DNA of 64,000 bases from Paraspadella gotoi (Eukaryota > Animalia > Chaetognatha), in contig CM119265.1 of NCBI GenBank assembly GCA_051294375.1, forward strand, positions 28,916,540 through 28,980,539, in the 5' to 3' direction. Under the pieces are notes generated by a model. That model saw only the letters and a list, made by a program, of their open reading frames with translations. It had not been told where the DNA came from and made no database searches. Positions 41,901 to 53,900 of this stretch are shown one piece after another. Position numbers and translations under genes: made by a program. The stretch's first letter is position 1, and every line of letters starts with the position of its first letter.

Positions 41901-44900
41901 TTGTTTTTGCCCTTAATCATCGATCCGCTAACGAACTTCTACCGGATGATGGTAAGGACATTTTTAATAAATGATGACAAAGATGATGAACAAGATGATG
42001 ACAATGATAATAACGATGACAATCAAAAATGCAGAAAAGATAAGATAATGCGGAAAATGGACCAGTTCATGTATTCGATAGATCAACTGGTTGGCCTCTC
42101 TTGGCTTTTCCATCCTGTCATCGGATTGACCAATCAGAAAGCTTGCCTATCCTGGCATTTCCGTCATCTCATCGAATTGACCAATCAGAGAACTTGCCTC
42201 TATTGGCTTTTCCATCTTCTCATCGAATTGACCAATCAGAGAGGAGGTAAAAAAAAGGAGGAAACGTGTTCACTCTATAACTTACCATCAATTAACATCA
42301 AATTCATTTGGATTTTTTATAGTTAACTACCTGTTTTTCTCTATTTTAAGTCAATAAACATCCTCAAATTTATCTGTAGCAAACAACACAAATATTACCA
42401 ACATATAACAGTGATTTAAGGACAAGCCCAAAACGAGAACAGTGATGTAAGGAAAAGCCCTAAACGAGAGCAGTGATGTAAGGACAGTGATATAAGGACA
42501 GCAGTGATGTAAGAATGTAAGTGATGTAAAGTGATGAGTGATGTAAGGACAAGTAATGTAAGGACAAGTGATGTAAGGACATTGATGTAAGGACAGCAGT
42601 GATGTAAGAAAGTAAGTGATGTAAGGTGATGAGTGATGTAAGGACAAGTAATGTAAGAACAAATGATGTAAGGACATTGATGTAAGGACACCAGTGATGT
42701 AAGAATGTAAGTGATGTAAAGTGATGAGTGATGGAAGGAAAAGTGATGTAAGAACAAGTGATGTAAGGACAAACCCAGTTTTCGTTTTTCGTGCTCTATA
42801 TATTTTTTGATTTTTCCAAGAGAAAAAAAAGGAAAATGTTTTAATCAAATATAAAATCATTGATTAAATTCTGTCGTCTAGAAGTTCTGAAAATTAATCA
42901 AAACTGGTTCATCGCACTGTCAATGTTTATTTGATTAAAATTAAGCTTTTCAACCAGTGGCTCCACCTTTGTCGACAGAAACAACTTCGATTGCTTCAAT
43001 TGCTTCAACTTTAAGTTACCATAATCCTTCTTAAGATTTCTAAGTCTGATATTGCTCATATGAAGAACTCTTTTGTGTCAGAAACACGCTATACATACTA
43101 CACACAGGGTTAAAGAATCAGGCTAACAGCGAACCAAAAATAATTCATTTGTCTAAAGCGAACTCATTTTTTCATAATAAAGTTATTCAAAATATTATTT
43201 GAATGTAAGCATGACGTGTCCTTTACATTCTCCTTCATTCTAACATTATTCAACATTCAAGCCTTTTGTCTCGTATGTCATCCTTAAAAAAGAAAACAAC
43301 TACAACAACAACAACAAAACTACATCCAAGTCGCGATTTTAAGAGTAATCGACACTTTTTTTTTCTTTTATGGAAATGGAAAACTTTTAAAAAGTTCTAT
43401 GACTTATATCCCAAGGCTAAAGGGTTACAACATAGGTATTAAGACGGGTTAAATTTGATCCCTTTTTATCATTAGAAGTTCTGTCATATAAAATTAATTT
43501 GTCCGTCATATACTTAATCAATATTTACTATCACTTTTATAACTAGTGAAGCACAGTATAACATTGAAGTATTTAAATATTTATAAATGCATAGACAATG
43601 AAAAAAAAAATTTGTAAAAATTTTATTTTTTAAGAACGGATTCAGATAGCCCATAAAAAGTTGTCTGCACAAAGTATAATGCGTTTTTCAATATTTAGAT
43701 GATAAGTGGGTCAAATAAAGGAAAAACCCTTAAAAATCATCATCATTATCATCATACCATAATTTTTATAGTTTTTGCTAATTTTAACTAATAAAACATA
43801 AACATTTGGAATTCTTGTAATAATATTTTTTATTTATTTTTTTAAGCTCTACCCGATTCCACAGGGATGCTCAAACGTATATGACAGAAATCTTAGTTTT
43901 TACCTTGTTTCGCCTTAATAGGTATATAATAAGGCGTAGTAAAATTCCTAAATTCAACTTTAAAAACTTTAAATTCTAAAAGTGAGGAACGAACAACATT
44001 ATACTAATGAACATTCATGTAATAAAAAAATTTAGAATAAATTTTACAATTTACGCAGTAGGCCATATTTATTCTAGTACTAAACCAATAAATGTTAAAA
44101 TTTCAAAACAGTTTTTTAAAATATTTTTTTGCAGATTTGGATTCGTCATAAAAAGTTGATAAAAAGAAATAGAACTCTTTTTGAAAAATTCCTTCATTAA
44201 GTGGGTCAAAATTAAAAAAAGCTATATTTTAAGCTGAAAATTAACTTTTTATATATTAAATATAGTTTTTTTAATTTTTAACCCACTTAATGAAAGAATT
44301 TTTAAAAATGATTTATATTTTCTTTTATCAACTTTTGACGAGGAATTCAAATCTGCAATCAAAATTAAGAAAAGCCTATTTTAAAATTTTTCGATTTTAT
44401 AAGGATAGTACTATATATAAATATAGCCTACTGCGAAAATTAAAAAACATAAAATTAATTTTTTTTACAAATTAATGTTCACTGATGGTATGTTGTTCAT
44501 AATTGACTTTTAGAATTTTCGTATGCAACTTTCACTACGCCTTAGTATATAATTTCATATTACCTTTATTTTTTTGGTTAAAAAAGACCAAAGATAGAAA
44601 ATATAAGAAATTAAAAAAAATCTAAAAAAATAGAAAAGTTTTAACTTTTATTACCTTCTCGCCACTAGAATAACAAGATTTAGTATTGCACAGGGTGACT
44701 GTTAGGGGCAAATTTTTTTATTGCCCCTGGGGAATGAGAATTAGTTTAGATTGCTTTATGTATATAAGTACCTTTTTGTCTTTTCCTTTAGTAAACTCCA
44801 CGTGGCCGACTTTGTTTTTTGCAATGATTTATCTTTTACTTTTTAGATGACCGCAGAGATGAACCTCAAAACGATTTTTCTTGTCGTGAGTATCGTCCTT

Positions 44901-47900
44901 GCCGTCCTGGACATTGGCACAGACATTCAGACTATGATTAAATTCTCATCAAATGGTCAAGAAATGATTCGTTTCATCGGTTCCTACTCCCTTTCGATCA
45001 TCTTCGTGACTCATTGCTTCATCTCTGCCATCTACGGTCTCGTCGTCATTCAAAAAAAGAAACATCTGTATCCGCGTCTTCGGTCAAGTCGTTTCATCAA
45101 GATATCCATGATCCTGGCCCACATTTTTGGTTTAGGCGTTGTTCCTTTTTCTCTCGATAACTTTATGGACGAAAGATTTGAGGTGGTAATGAATCCTCTT
45201 GAAAGGATGACAAAGATTTCTGTGGAAGAATCCATGACTTTGATTCAGACTCTGACAGAATCCTTTCCGCAGTTGCTCGTCCAGACATTTTTGCTCGTTC
45301 TATCTGAAACGTCGGAAACAGAATTGGTTTGTGTTCCCCACTGTGTGATAACCAAAAAATATTTGCCAAATTTGTTTTTCAATCCGGCAACTAAGGAATG
45401 GAAATTTTCCCAACAACAAGTAAGACAAATCTGCTCTTTACAGTCATATTTGAACTATCGAGATACGGGCAACTCGTCTTCCAGCAAATGTTTCTGCAGT
45501 CCAGAAAAATCTCTACTCAAGTACACGCGCTACTTTCGCTGTTCCTGGTTCACTCAAGATCATTATGTCCAGTTTATTTCCATCATGATTTCAATGCTTT
45601 CTCTGGCAAAAGCTTCTACCAACCAAAGATTAAAAGCTTTACTTTCAGATCATAACCTTCAAAGTAAAACATTAACAATTATAACAATTTTTGGGAATAT
45701 TCAAGGCGTAATTGGATCCAGTGTGTTTTTATACATAATCTATATTAAAGCAATAAATATCAATCTTTTTATTATACTGTTAACTCCTTTGAGTTTGCTG
45801 AGACTATATACGTTTTTTGAACTAAAAGCAACTTGGAAAGTACTTTGTCTTAATTTTCATCATGACTATAAATTCACATTTATGCTTGTATTTCAACTGT
45901 TAATGACGCCTATGTGGACTTTGATTTTTTGGTCATTGCTTGCAATGATTGAGAAACACATCTTGCTTAATGATCTCACTGTTTTAGCGATTGAACAAAA
46001 TCATTGGACTTACATACTTTATGCAGGATTTAGTGCTGAATCAGTTAATTGGGGTTTGTCAAAATTAAACCAAGACTATGTTCCTCATATTTCAATTTTT
46101 CAAAATATTTGGGATAAAGATAAACATAATAATGGTGAATTATGCGCAAAGTCTCAAGGAATAATGAACAGAATTTTAGATCCAAAAAAAATTTTTCTTT
46201 TTTTAAAGACATGGTATAGATTTTATGGTTTTGATATTTACACTTTATGCAATGCACCACAAAATATTTTGTTCTTTAAGTCAATTGAGGAAAAAAAATT
46301 AATTTTGAATGCTGCAATTCCTAATGTAGTGTTAAAATTGGGAAATTATTATTATCTAGCCCCTAGTTACTTTAGTATAGTTTGTATTGTAGGATTTGAT
46401 GCAATACTGGGGTTTTTTTATATTTCCATTTTAATTTTTGTGGCATTAAAATATAACAAAATAAAAATGCTCCCATATTTCATAACATGTTTGGTTTTTC
46501 TAATTCCCATATTAATAATAGGGAGTAATATCTTTTTTGCTTTCAAACATTACTCCCTTCTTGAATATGAAGTAAAATCAGGAAAAGTTAAGCAATATTC
46601 AGAATGTGAAGAAAACATACAAATAGATTTATGCCTAAAAATGTTAAAAAATACAAATTTGTTAAGTTTTAAAGAAAATATTTATTTCTGGAATAATTTT
46701 ATCTTATTCACACCCCTTACATTTACCATTTTATTTTTTCATGTTGCATTCAACAACTTAAAAAACAAAAGTTCTAGCCTAATTTCAAAAACAATATTTA
46801 TCTTTTGTGGGATTTTACTTCTTTCTATTCCCGGATTCGTTCATACTTTGCAGCCAAATTCAAATTTTTATAAAGATATTTTTAAAAATGTAAAGATACT
46901 ATGTGAGTTTGAAGAAACATATTTAAATGAAAAACAATCAGGGAATCTTTGGAAGAAACTTCATGAAAAACTTTTTCTTTTTCTTTTCTTGAAAGAAATT
47001 TATCCCTTTTTGTTTTGCACAAGTTTTCTGCCAGTCCTCATACTTATATCAGCTTTCACTTCTATTTTAACGAAAAACAAAGCCAAAAGTATAATGATAT
47101 TCTTTAAATGCCTTTTAATCATTGTATATTTGATATTTTGTTTTTCTGAATCTCTGCATCAAGATCATGAAATTAAAGAGAGAAATGACTCATACCTATT
47201 TTCTGACACCAGTATATTTCAACTGGATTTGGAAAAAGCAAAATTAGAACAAGCAAGTTCATATGGTTGGGAGTCTTATTCTTCAATTTACTATGCAATG
47301 GTTCCAATAAGTAAAATTCTGTTTTCTTGCAGATTTGAACGCTCACACGGACATAACTTTAACCGAAAATTTATTCTACAAAAAGTTAAGAATATTGATA
47401 GAATGTTAAAAGAATTTTTAGAACATGTAGAAGTTAACAGTAATGATCGTTATCAATTTTTTTATATTCTTTTTACAGCTGTTCCAGTATTAATGTATAT
47501 TTTAGCTTTTTAGTATCATTACAAGATTGAAAGACACAAAATATCTATTTGAATGGTTTATGCTTTTTTTATTTAATAATCTTTTACTTTGATCTCTCTT
47601 TTAAAACTAAAGCGCGATATTCAAAATGTTATGATGTTAAAGTGCTACCTAGTATTCTGTCCAAGTTTGTTTGTGAACCCTAACAAGCTCTGTGCCATTT
47701 TCCTATAAAAATGACATTACAATTTTAACGTTATATTGTCTACCAAAAAATTGTAGATGAGAGACTAGTAAGAAAGGACAATGATTGAAAGTTGGAAGTT
47801 TTTAGTTATAGTCTCAGCAGAGGTGAAAGGATATTGCAAATAAAATTCTATCTTTAGGCCAAAGATTGCGCATTCAAAAGAAGGGCTTGCCATTCATGAC

Positions 47901-50254
47901 AAAAGCTTGGCGCTGCCTGATACCGGCGTGGTCGATCTATTTTTATCTTTCTCTGCAAAAAGGGTTGAAATGGTGTATTCCATATCCTGACTTAATGAGG
48001 GAAAAATCAGACTTGAGCTAACCTTCATTAAAATAACCCTCAATTCTCAAGCTTCATTTTTGTGTTTTGTTTTTTACCCACTATTACAATTATCAATTAT
48101 CCATTTTCTCCATGATTAATTAAGACCCTGTTACTATAATTAAAATAACTATAACTATAATAAAAACGTACAAGTTCAACAAATAATAAATACTAAAAAG
48201 AGTGATTTTGTTACAAATAGTTGATGTGATGACCTTACAATAATGACGACAATGAATAAACTCCAAAACAAAATCATTTCCCCCAAACCCCTTTCTCTAT
48301 CCATCCCCTCTCCCCCTACAATCATCTCCCCTTCCCCCCTACATCATTCTCTCCTCCCCCCTACATCATCTCCCCTCCCCCCTACATCATTTCCCTCCCC
48401 CCTACATCATCTCTCCTCCCCCTACATCATCTCTTCTCCCCCTACATCATCTCCCCCTCACCCCGTCTCAAGACGTCAACCCCAAGACTATCCCCCACCT
48501 CGTCTTCCACTTGAATCTCCTTCAATCGACAACGAATGGCGACGAATTCCGCTTCAAGAAATTGACGTCTCTATCGTTTTTGGTCAGAGCTTTTAGTCGG
48601 TGGTATTCTGAATCATCATTGTAAGCGGTACTGTTATCTTTATTTTCAGCATCGTCCTTTTCCTTGTCAGCATCATTGTTATCCCCATTGTCAGCGCTGT
48701 CAACTTCATTTTAAAATGTTGTAATCATCCTTATTATCAGTGTTTTCTGCTTTGTTGTCAGTTCCATTAATATCATCATTGTCAGCCTTGTCTTCTTCAT
48801 TGTCAGAATCTTATCCTCCTCCTTATCAACATCTCCAAGACGCCAACATCATTTTAATCATCATCATCATCATCTTTATCATCATCATCATCATCACCCT
48901 TTCCTCTTCCCCTTTCAGTTCGTATCCTCGTCAACCCAAACCCAGTTCTTTCCTTCATCGCCCGTCGATTTAAAGGATCGAAACTCAAGCGTTTGTTTAT
49001 CGCCGTCTCCAGGCAACCAATCGCACCTTTCGACGTGGGAGTGGAGCAGGTGTAGTCGGGTTGGGAAAAAAGGGAAGGACGGCCATCATACTTAGTGTGC
49101 CCGGGATTTTTCCATTCATTATATGCGGGACTATGGGATTTCGAGATAAACTCTTGTGACGGTGAACAATGCACAGTGCTAAAAGCAGCACGAAAATTCA
49201 AATAATTTGAATTTTCCTCTCCCCACACATTTTTTGCTTCTTTTCCTCATAGAATATTATTTTTTCTTCATTCTCTTATTTTTATTTATTTTCTTATTCC
49301 CTCTTTTGCTTCCCCCTCTCTCTTACATCTTTTCCCTTCCTCTTTCACTCCTTCCTTTTATTAATTTTTCCTCCTTCCCCCATTCTCTTCCTTCCTTCTT
49401 CTTACCCTTATTCTTATTCCTTTCTCTTATTTCACCCTGTTCCTCCCTTCCTCCTTCTCTCCAGGTGCTCGAAGCCTTTGATGACCTTCGCTTCCTTCGA
49501 ATTGTGACAGAGGAGGCGATGACAATGTCATTGCAATGGTTTCAATCGGTGAGGTTTGATTTATTCCCCTCTTTTGCTCTTTTTTTTCCCTCCCCTCATT
49601 CTTCTTTCCCTCGCAAACCTTTCTAATCAATAAAACTATGCAATTTTATATTCTTCGTGTTTTGTCATTCATTCAATTTTTTTTTCATCTTTTTGCCCCA
49701 AATTAATTATTATTCGAACCAATGGAAATCCTGACAATGCGGCCCAGATCATTCTCCCCTCTTCCCGATTTTTTCAAGGCCCCTTCGTCGCTAGATCACT
49801 TAGAACTGACGGGATTCGAATTTTTCGCAAATAACGAAGATGACGACAGTTTGGATAATGAAGCAACGGAGACTCACCTTAGGAAATTGGTGAGGCATTG
49901 GGGTCAGGAAGAAGGCTCGTCCAACTTATGAAATATACGTTCCGTTACACGAATGACTGAATTTACCTGTTATTTGAAACAAGATATTTTGCGATATTCC
50001 GATCTGAATTTGAATTATAGATTCTCCAAATTAGAATGAATTATGAATATCGGATTGTGACAGTATCCTGAAACTGTCTGACATATTTCAAGTATTAATA
50101 GTGGGGTTGGGATAGAATATAGTTTATTATTTAAAATTTTGACTGGTAAAAAGCAATTTCAACATCAGCTTAACCCTTTTCTGCTGACAGTGAAATATCC
50201 CTCGCTAAGGTCAATGCATGCAATCCTTGACTTTGCCATTAAAACCAATTATGT

Positions 50255-50302
<48 letters not shown>

Positions 50303-50413
50303 GTTCCTCAGGTGGAAAACATAAAAGTCAATGATGACGAATACAAAGAATTTCTTGACAATTTCTTTGAACCTGGAAGAAAAGAATGGGAGGAAATTTG
50401 GTTTCGATCCTGA
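36116..50413 (+). CDS. F-box protein with degenerate LRR-like C-terminal region
   Basis: Exons 36116-36170, 36891-36982, 37698-37813, 37893-38011, 38706-38800, 39229-39304, 41099-41136, 41360-41476, 41891-41951, 48473-48582, 48919-49049, 49465-49548, 49779-49889 and 50303-50413. F-box-like PVILSQVFENFTSAELGILAQVSRAWR; LRR-like FPELRRLVV, FPSLCWLTL, FENLQLLRV, FDDLRFLRI, SLDHLEL. One phase break around 48473-48582 needs either a 1-nt indel in the T-run at 48577-48581 or a missed exon. Confidence 0.7.
36242..36751. mobile_element. MITE with ~105-bp terminal inverted repeats, TATATA flanks
   Basis: TATATAGTAGACCTTGCCAGAAAATTTGAA...GCGCGGATATTTTACAATATTCCTTTTTT (36242-36347) is the near reverse complement of AAAAAAGGAATATTGTAAAATATCCGCGC...TTCAAATTTTCTGGCAAGGTCTAATATATA (36646-36751). 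Lies in intron 1 of the F-box gene. Confidence 0.88.
38808..39093 (+). repeat. (AAAT)n microsatellite
   Basis: Long imperfect AAAT array in an F-box gene intron. Confidence 0.95.
39481..39811 (-). repeat. 67-bp tandem array (5 copies) derived from the end of a dispersed repeat
   Basis: Unit GTAACACTATGAAATCGGTACAACTAATATAAAAATTATCCATTCATTTAATAAATAAGTTATATAA at 39481, 39548, 39615, 39682 and 39749. It continues into the reverse complement of the dispersed family (...TCTTGCCCCGACTTTGGA). Confidence 0.9.
42440..42770 (+). repeat. Degenerate GTGATGTAAGGACA minisatellite
   Basis: Many variants of GTGATGTAAG(GACA) with a higher-order repeat; explains spurious ORFs 42351-42860 and 42416-42772. Confidence 0.85.
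43923..44551. mobile_element. ~630-bp foldback (palindromic) element upstream of XK-like ORF1
   Basis: Mirror pairs: TATATAATAAGGCGTAGT / ACTACGCCTTAGTATATA at the ends, CGCAGTAGGC / GCCTACTGCG, GCAGATTTG / CAAATCTGC, AAAAGTTGATAAAA / TTTTATCAACTTTT, TTCATTAAGTGGGT / ACCCACTTAATGAA. Centre is near 44245. Confidence 0.8.
44847..47513 (+). CDS. Intronless XK-related-like multipass membrane protein (888 aa), apparently nested in the F-box gene intron
   Basis: Uninterrupted 2.67-kb ORF with XK-type N-terminal motifs VLDIGTDIQT and ESFPQLLVQ and many hydrophobic segments. A pyrimidine tract plus AG lies directly before the ATG (TTTTACTTTTTAG|ATG). Paralog of 54253-56625. Confidence 0.85.
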   Translation: MTAEMNLKTIFLVVSIVLAVLDIGTDIQTMIKFSSNGQEMIRFIGSYSLSIIFVTHCFISAIYGLVVIQKKKHLYPRLRSSRFIKISMILAHIFGLGVVPFSLDNFMDERFEVVMNPLERMTKISVEESMTLIQTLTESFPQLLVQTFLLVLSETSETELVCVPHCVITKKYLPNLFFNPATKEWKFSQQQVRQICSLQSYLNYRDTGNSSSSKCFCSPEKSLLKYTRYFRCSWFTQDHYVQFISIMISMLSLAKASTNQRLKALLSDHNLQSKTLTIITIFGNIQGVIGSSVFLYIIYIKAININLFIILLTPLSLLRLYTFFELKATWKVLCLNFHHDYKFTFMLVFQLLMTPMWTLIFWSLLAMIEKHILLNDLTVLAIEQNHWTYILYAGFSAESVNWGLSKLNQDYVPHISIFQNIWDKDKHNNGELCAKSQGIMNRILDPKKIFLFLKTWYRFYGFDIYTLCNAPQNILFFKSIEEKKLILNAAIPNVVLKLGNYYYLAPSYFSIVCIVGFDAILGFFYISILIFVALKYNKIKMLPYFITCLVFLIPILIIGSNIFFAFKHYSLLEYEVKSGKVKQYSECEENIQIDLCLKMLKNTNLLSFKENIYFWNNFILFTPLTFTILFFHVAFNNLKNKSSSLISKTIFIFCGILLLSIPGFVHTLQPNSNFYKDIFKNVKILCEFEETYLNEKQSGNLWKKLHEKLFLFLFLKEIYPFLFCTSFLPVLILISAFTSILTKNKAKSIMIFFKCLLIIVYLIFCFSESLHQDHEIKERNDSYLFSDTSIFQLDLEKAKLEQASSYGWESYSSIYYAMVPISKILFSCRFERSHGHNFNRKFILQKVKNIDRMLKEFLEHVEVNSNDRYQFFYILFTAVPVLMYILAF

Positions 50414-50903
50414 GATGAAAAAATTATTTGGGCTAAAATGAAAAAAAAATTTTGACAATAAGTTAAAGCAATTGTAGTAAAAAACCTATTGTTATTTTTA
50501 GTCAGGCAATAGAATCAGATTCAACAGAAAATAGGCATCATTATTAGTAAGGATGGGGAAAATAGAAATCCATTCATGACACTAAGCGCTAATAAGCGTG
50601 GAATACAGTTAGATTTTCAATAACAGTTATTTCTTTAGAAAAAACTATGCAAAATGTGATACTAAAATGATTTTCTTATAATTCATCATTGTGCTTTTTA
50701 TTTCCTCTTCATTCTCTTCTTTATAATTGTATTCCTTTTTCTCTTCCTCCTCTCTCTCTTCTTCTTCTCTCTCCTCCTCCTGCTCCCCTTCCTCATCCTC
50801 CTCCTACTCCTTCTCCCCTTCCTCCTCTTCCTCCTTCTTCCCCTCCCATTCCTCCCCCTCTTCCTTCACCACCTCTCTCTCTTCCTCCCTCTCCCTTCAC
50901 CTC

Positions 50904-53900
50904 CTACTCCTTCTCCCTCTCCCCTTCCTCCCCCTCCTCCTCCTTATCCCCCTGCCCTTCCTCCTCCTCCTCCTCTTCCTTCACCACCCTCATAAACTCC
51001 TCATTAACATTTTCCCTGGCGAACTTTGGATTTCCTTCAACGACTCGAAACTCAAACTTGGAATCGCTCGTCAACGAGTCTCGATCTTGGGACCAACTGA
51101 AGAGGACGGCGTCGGCGAACTCGGCGAAGGGATTCACCTATGAGGTGGTAGTGGGGTGGTTGGAGGGGTAAGAGAGGGTGGTGAGGTGGTTGGAGGGGGA
51201 AGAGGTGTTGGTGAGCGAAGAGGGGAAGGGGATGAAGTAGATTTGGGGATTCGAAGGTTTGTCACTTACAAAGATTATTATTATGTTGGCTAGAATTTTT
51301 ATGTTTGTTTAACTTTAAGAATTGATTTATATTTTTTAGGATATTAAAATGGAGATTATTTATTTTTGGTTTTTTTCGTTAGACCGAATATAGATTTATT
51401 GTGTCGCTGCGGCTGCAGGATAATGATACCATTACAAGACAGATCTATGATGCAATATTTATTACAAATATATTGTTCATTCGAGATTGATTTCCTACAA
51501 ATGTTACTTCATGATTATCCTTCATGATAATCAAAAAATGATTTATCACTGATTAACTTACCTCAACAACAAAAAGTTCATCAACTCCGACAACAACAAC
51601 ATCAAGAACGTAACTGTCCAATGAGAGAGCGGGGATAATCTGCAGATTAAAGTCAATATATGTAATTTTAATGCAACTCTGTTCCCCTTTTCCTTATTCT
51701 CTTTTCTCTTTTAATGGAACTCTGTTCCCCTTTTCCTTATTCTCTTTTCTCTTTTAATGGAACTCTGTTCCCCTTTTCCTTATTCTCTTTTCTCTTTTAA
51801 TGGAACTCTGTTCCCCTTTTCCTTATTCTCTTTTCTCTTTTAATGGAACTCTGTTCCCCTTTTCCTTATTCTCTTTTCTCTTTTAATGGAACTCTGTTCC
51901 CCTTTTCCTAATTCTCCTTTCTCTCTGCTCTCAACATTTCCTCCTTCTTTCCTTCCTTTCTCTCTCTCTTCTCACCTTCCTTCTTTCCCTTCCTTCCTCA
52001 ACCCTTCCCTCTTATCTTCCTTCCTTTTTATCCATCTTTCATCCCTCTCTCTTTCTACCTTCCTTCATACATCTTCCAAAACATTTTTCTTCCTTCTATC
52101 CGTCTTTCCTTCTTATTTTCTTTCCTCCATTCCTTTTATATCCTCCATTCCTCTCTCCCCCCTATCCCTCTCACCTTTCCTTCAACAAACTCCCTAATCC
52201 TCTCACGGATGCGTCTTTTGTTTTCCACCAACGTCGGCACATAGATGGCAGCGTTGTACTGCGTCGCCGCGGTGACACGTCGGCGGTGAACGAAGACGCG
52301 GAACTCGTTCTCGGGTTCGATTTCGGCGAATTGACGAAGGATAATATGAAGTGGGGGTGGAGAGGAGGCTGGGAGGAGGAAGGGGTGGGTGAGGGATAAA
52401 AGGAGAATAGGGTAAAGGGACAATGGTCACGTCGGTTGATAGGATGATAGAGGATGATAATACTGAACATATAAAAGGCACTCAATGGGCTGTTGCTATT
52501 TATTTTATAATCCGAGGGCCCCTCCCAGTCATGAACAAGACTGGGTCGTCTTTATTTCCTTAAAACACTTTATTTAAGGTTCCGAAATTCACTATTTCCT
52601 GATCAGATTTGCAACTTTGACAGTGAAATTTTTTTTCAGCAATCTCTTTCTTATCACCAGCATGCAGTTTCTTTGTTTCTTACCCCCCCACCTCCCACAC
52701 ATAATCAAACCTTTGACATGCTTCTTCAAATCTCCCCTGATCCTCTTGCTAAGCAGCAGTAGCTCCACCGCCTCTGCTCCGCTGCGGACGGCCAGTTCCA
52801 GGATGCTTGCTGCGTGTACAGCCTGCAGCTTGGAGTTGTCGTCAGAGGATGGAGGAAGGTCGGGATGTTGTTGTTGAAATACGCGGTTCTGGAGAATTTC
52901 ATTTCATTGAAGTCCTTATCAAATTTTACTAGTGTCAAGCCTATCTAATATCTAATATCCCTATCTAATAATATTTCTTATATTCCGAGAGGGTAAGGTT
53001 AGTAACATCATAATCATGTTGGTGCTAAAATAAATGCACCAGTTGAGGGAGGCAATCCAAAGCCTTACAATGAGGTGGCCCAGGCTATACCTTTGAGGCC
53101 CTCCGAGGCATTTCTCTAGTTGTGCTCCGCGCTTGAAAACTATGAAATGATGTACTAGTAATATTAGTAAAGTTCACCTGCTCTCTCTTCTCTTTAAGGC
53201 ATTTCCGATAAGCAGTGGCAAATCCTGGTTTCTTTAAACTCGCATCTTTGGGACTTCGAGTGGAGAGACGGACAAAGCCAGGGAGCCTGAAATGAGGGAG
53301 TTGGGTATTGAAGAGGGATTGGGGTTCGTGAAGAAGTGAGTGATTTAAAGATCAATTGGAGGTTGTGAAATGGGTAGCAGTGTAGGAAGCTACTTCAAAT
53401 TGCATCAAAACTTGTGAATGACTCTAATTGGGCTGAAGACTACTACATTTGATAAGTATCATCTTTACAATCTCACTAGCAAAGAAACCCAGGTTTGGGA
53501 CCAGGCCTGGTGGTTTTTCAATGCCTCTTACATCTTCCCTCTAACCTGTCTCTGCCGATTCCCATCTTCTCAAAGCGATGGTCGATCTTTGTCTTCAAAT
53601 CTTCCAACGCTGATTCCATTTCTGCCTTTAATGATTGAGGCTGAACGTCATTGTCGTCGTCTTCATTGTCGTCGTCGTCCTTTCTTCGAGATGAGGCCAA
53701 GAGGGCGTGGATCTCAGTTTGTGTCAATTCGAACATTGAGGATTTAAAAGTGAATTCCGCAATGGCGTCGTAGTACCTGACAAAAAGCAAGGCATGACAA
53801 TAGAAGACAAGAAAAAAAGAAAATGATGGGAAAAAAAGTACGAGGCAGATACAGATTCTTGAGACATTAAGGTAAAAAATAGGCAATTAGGTCAATTAAG

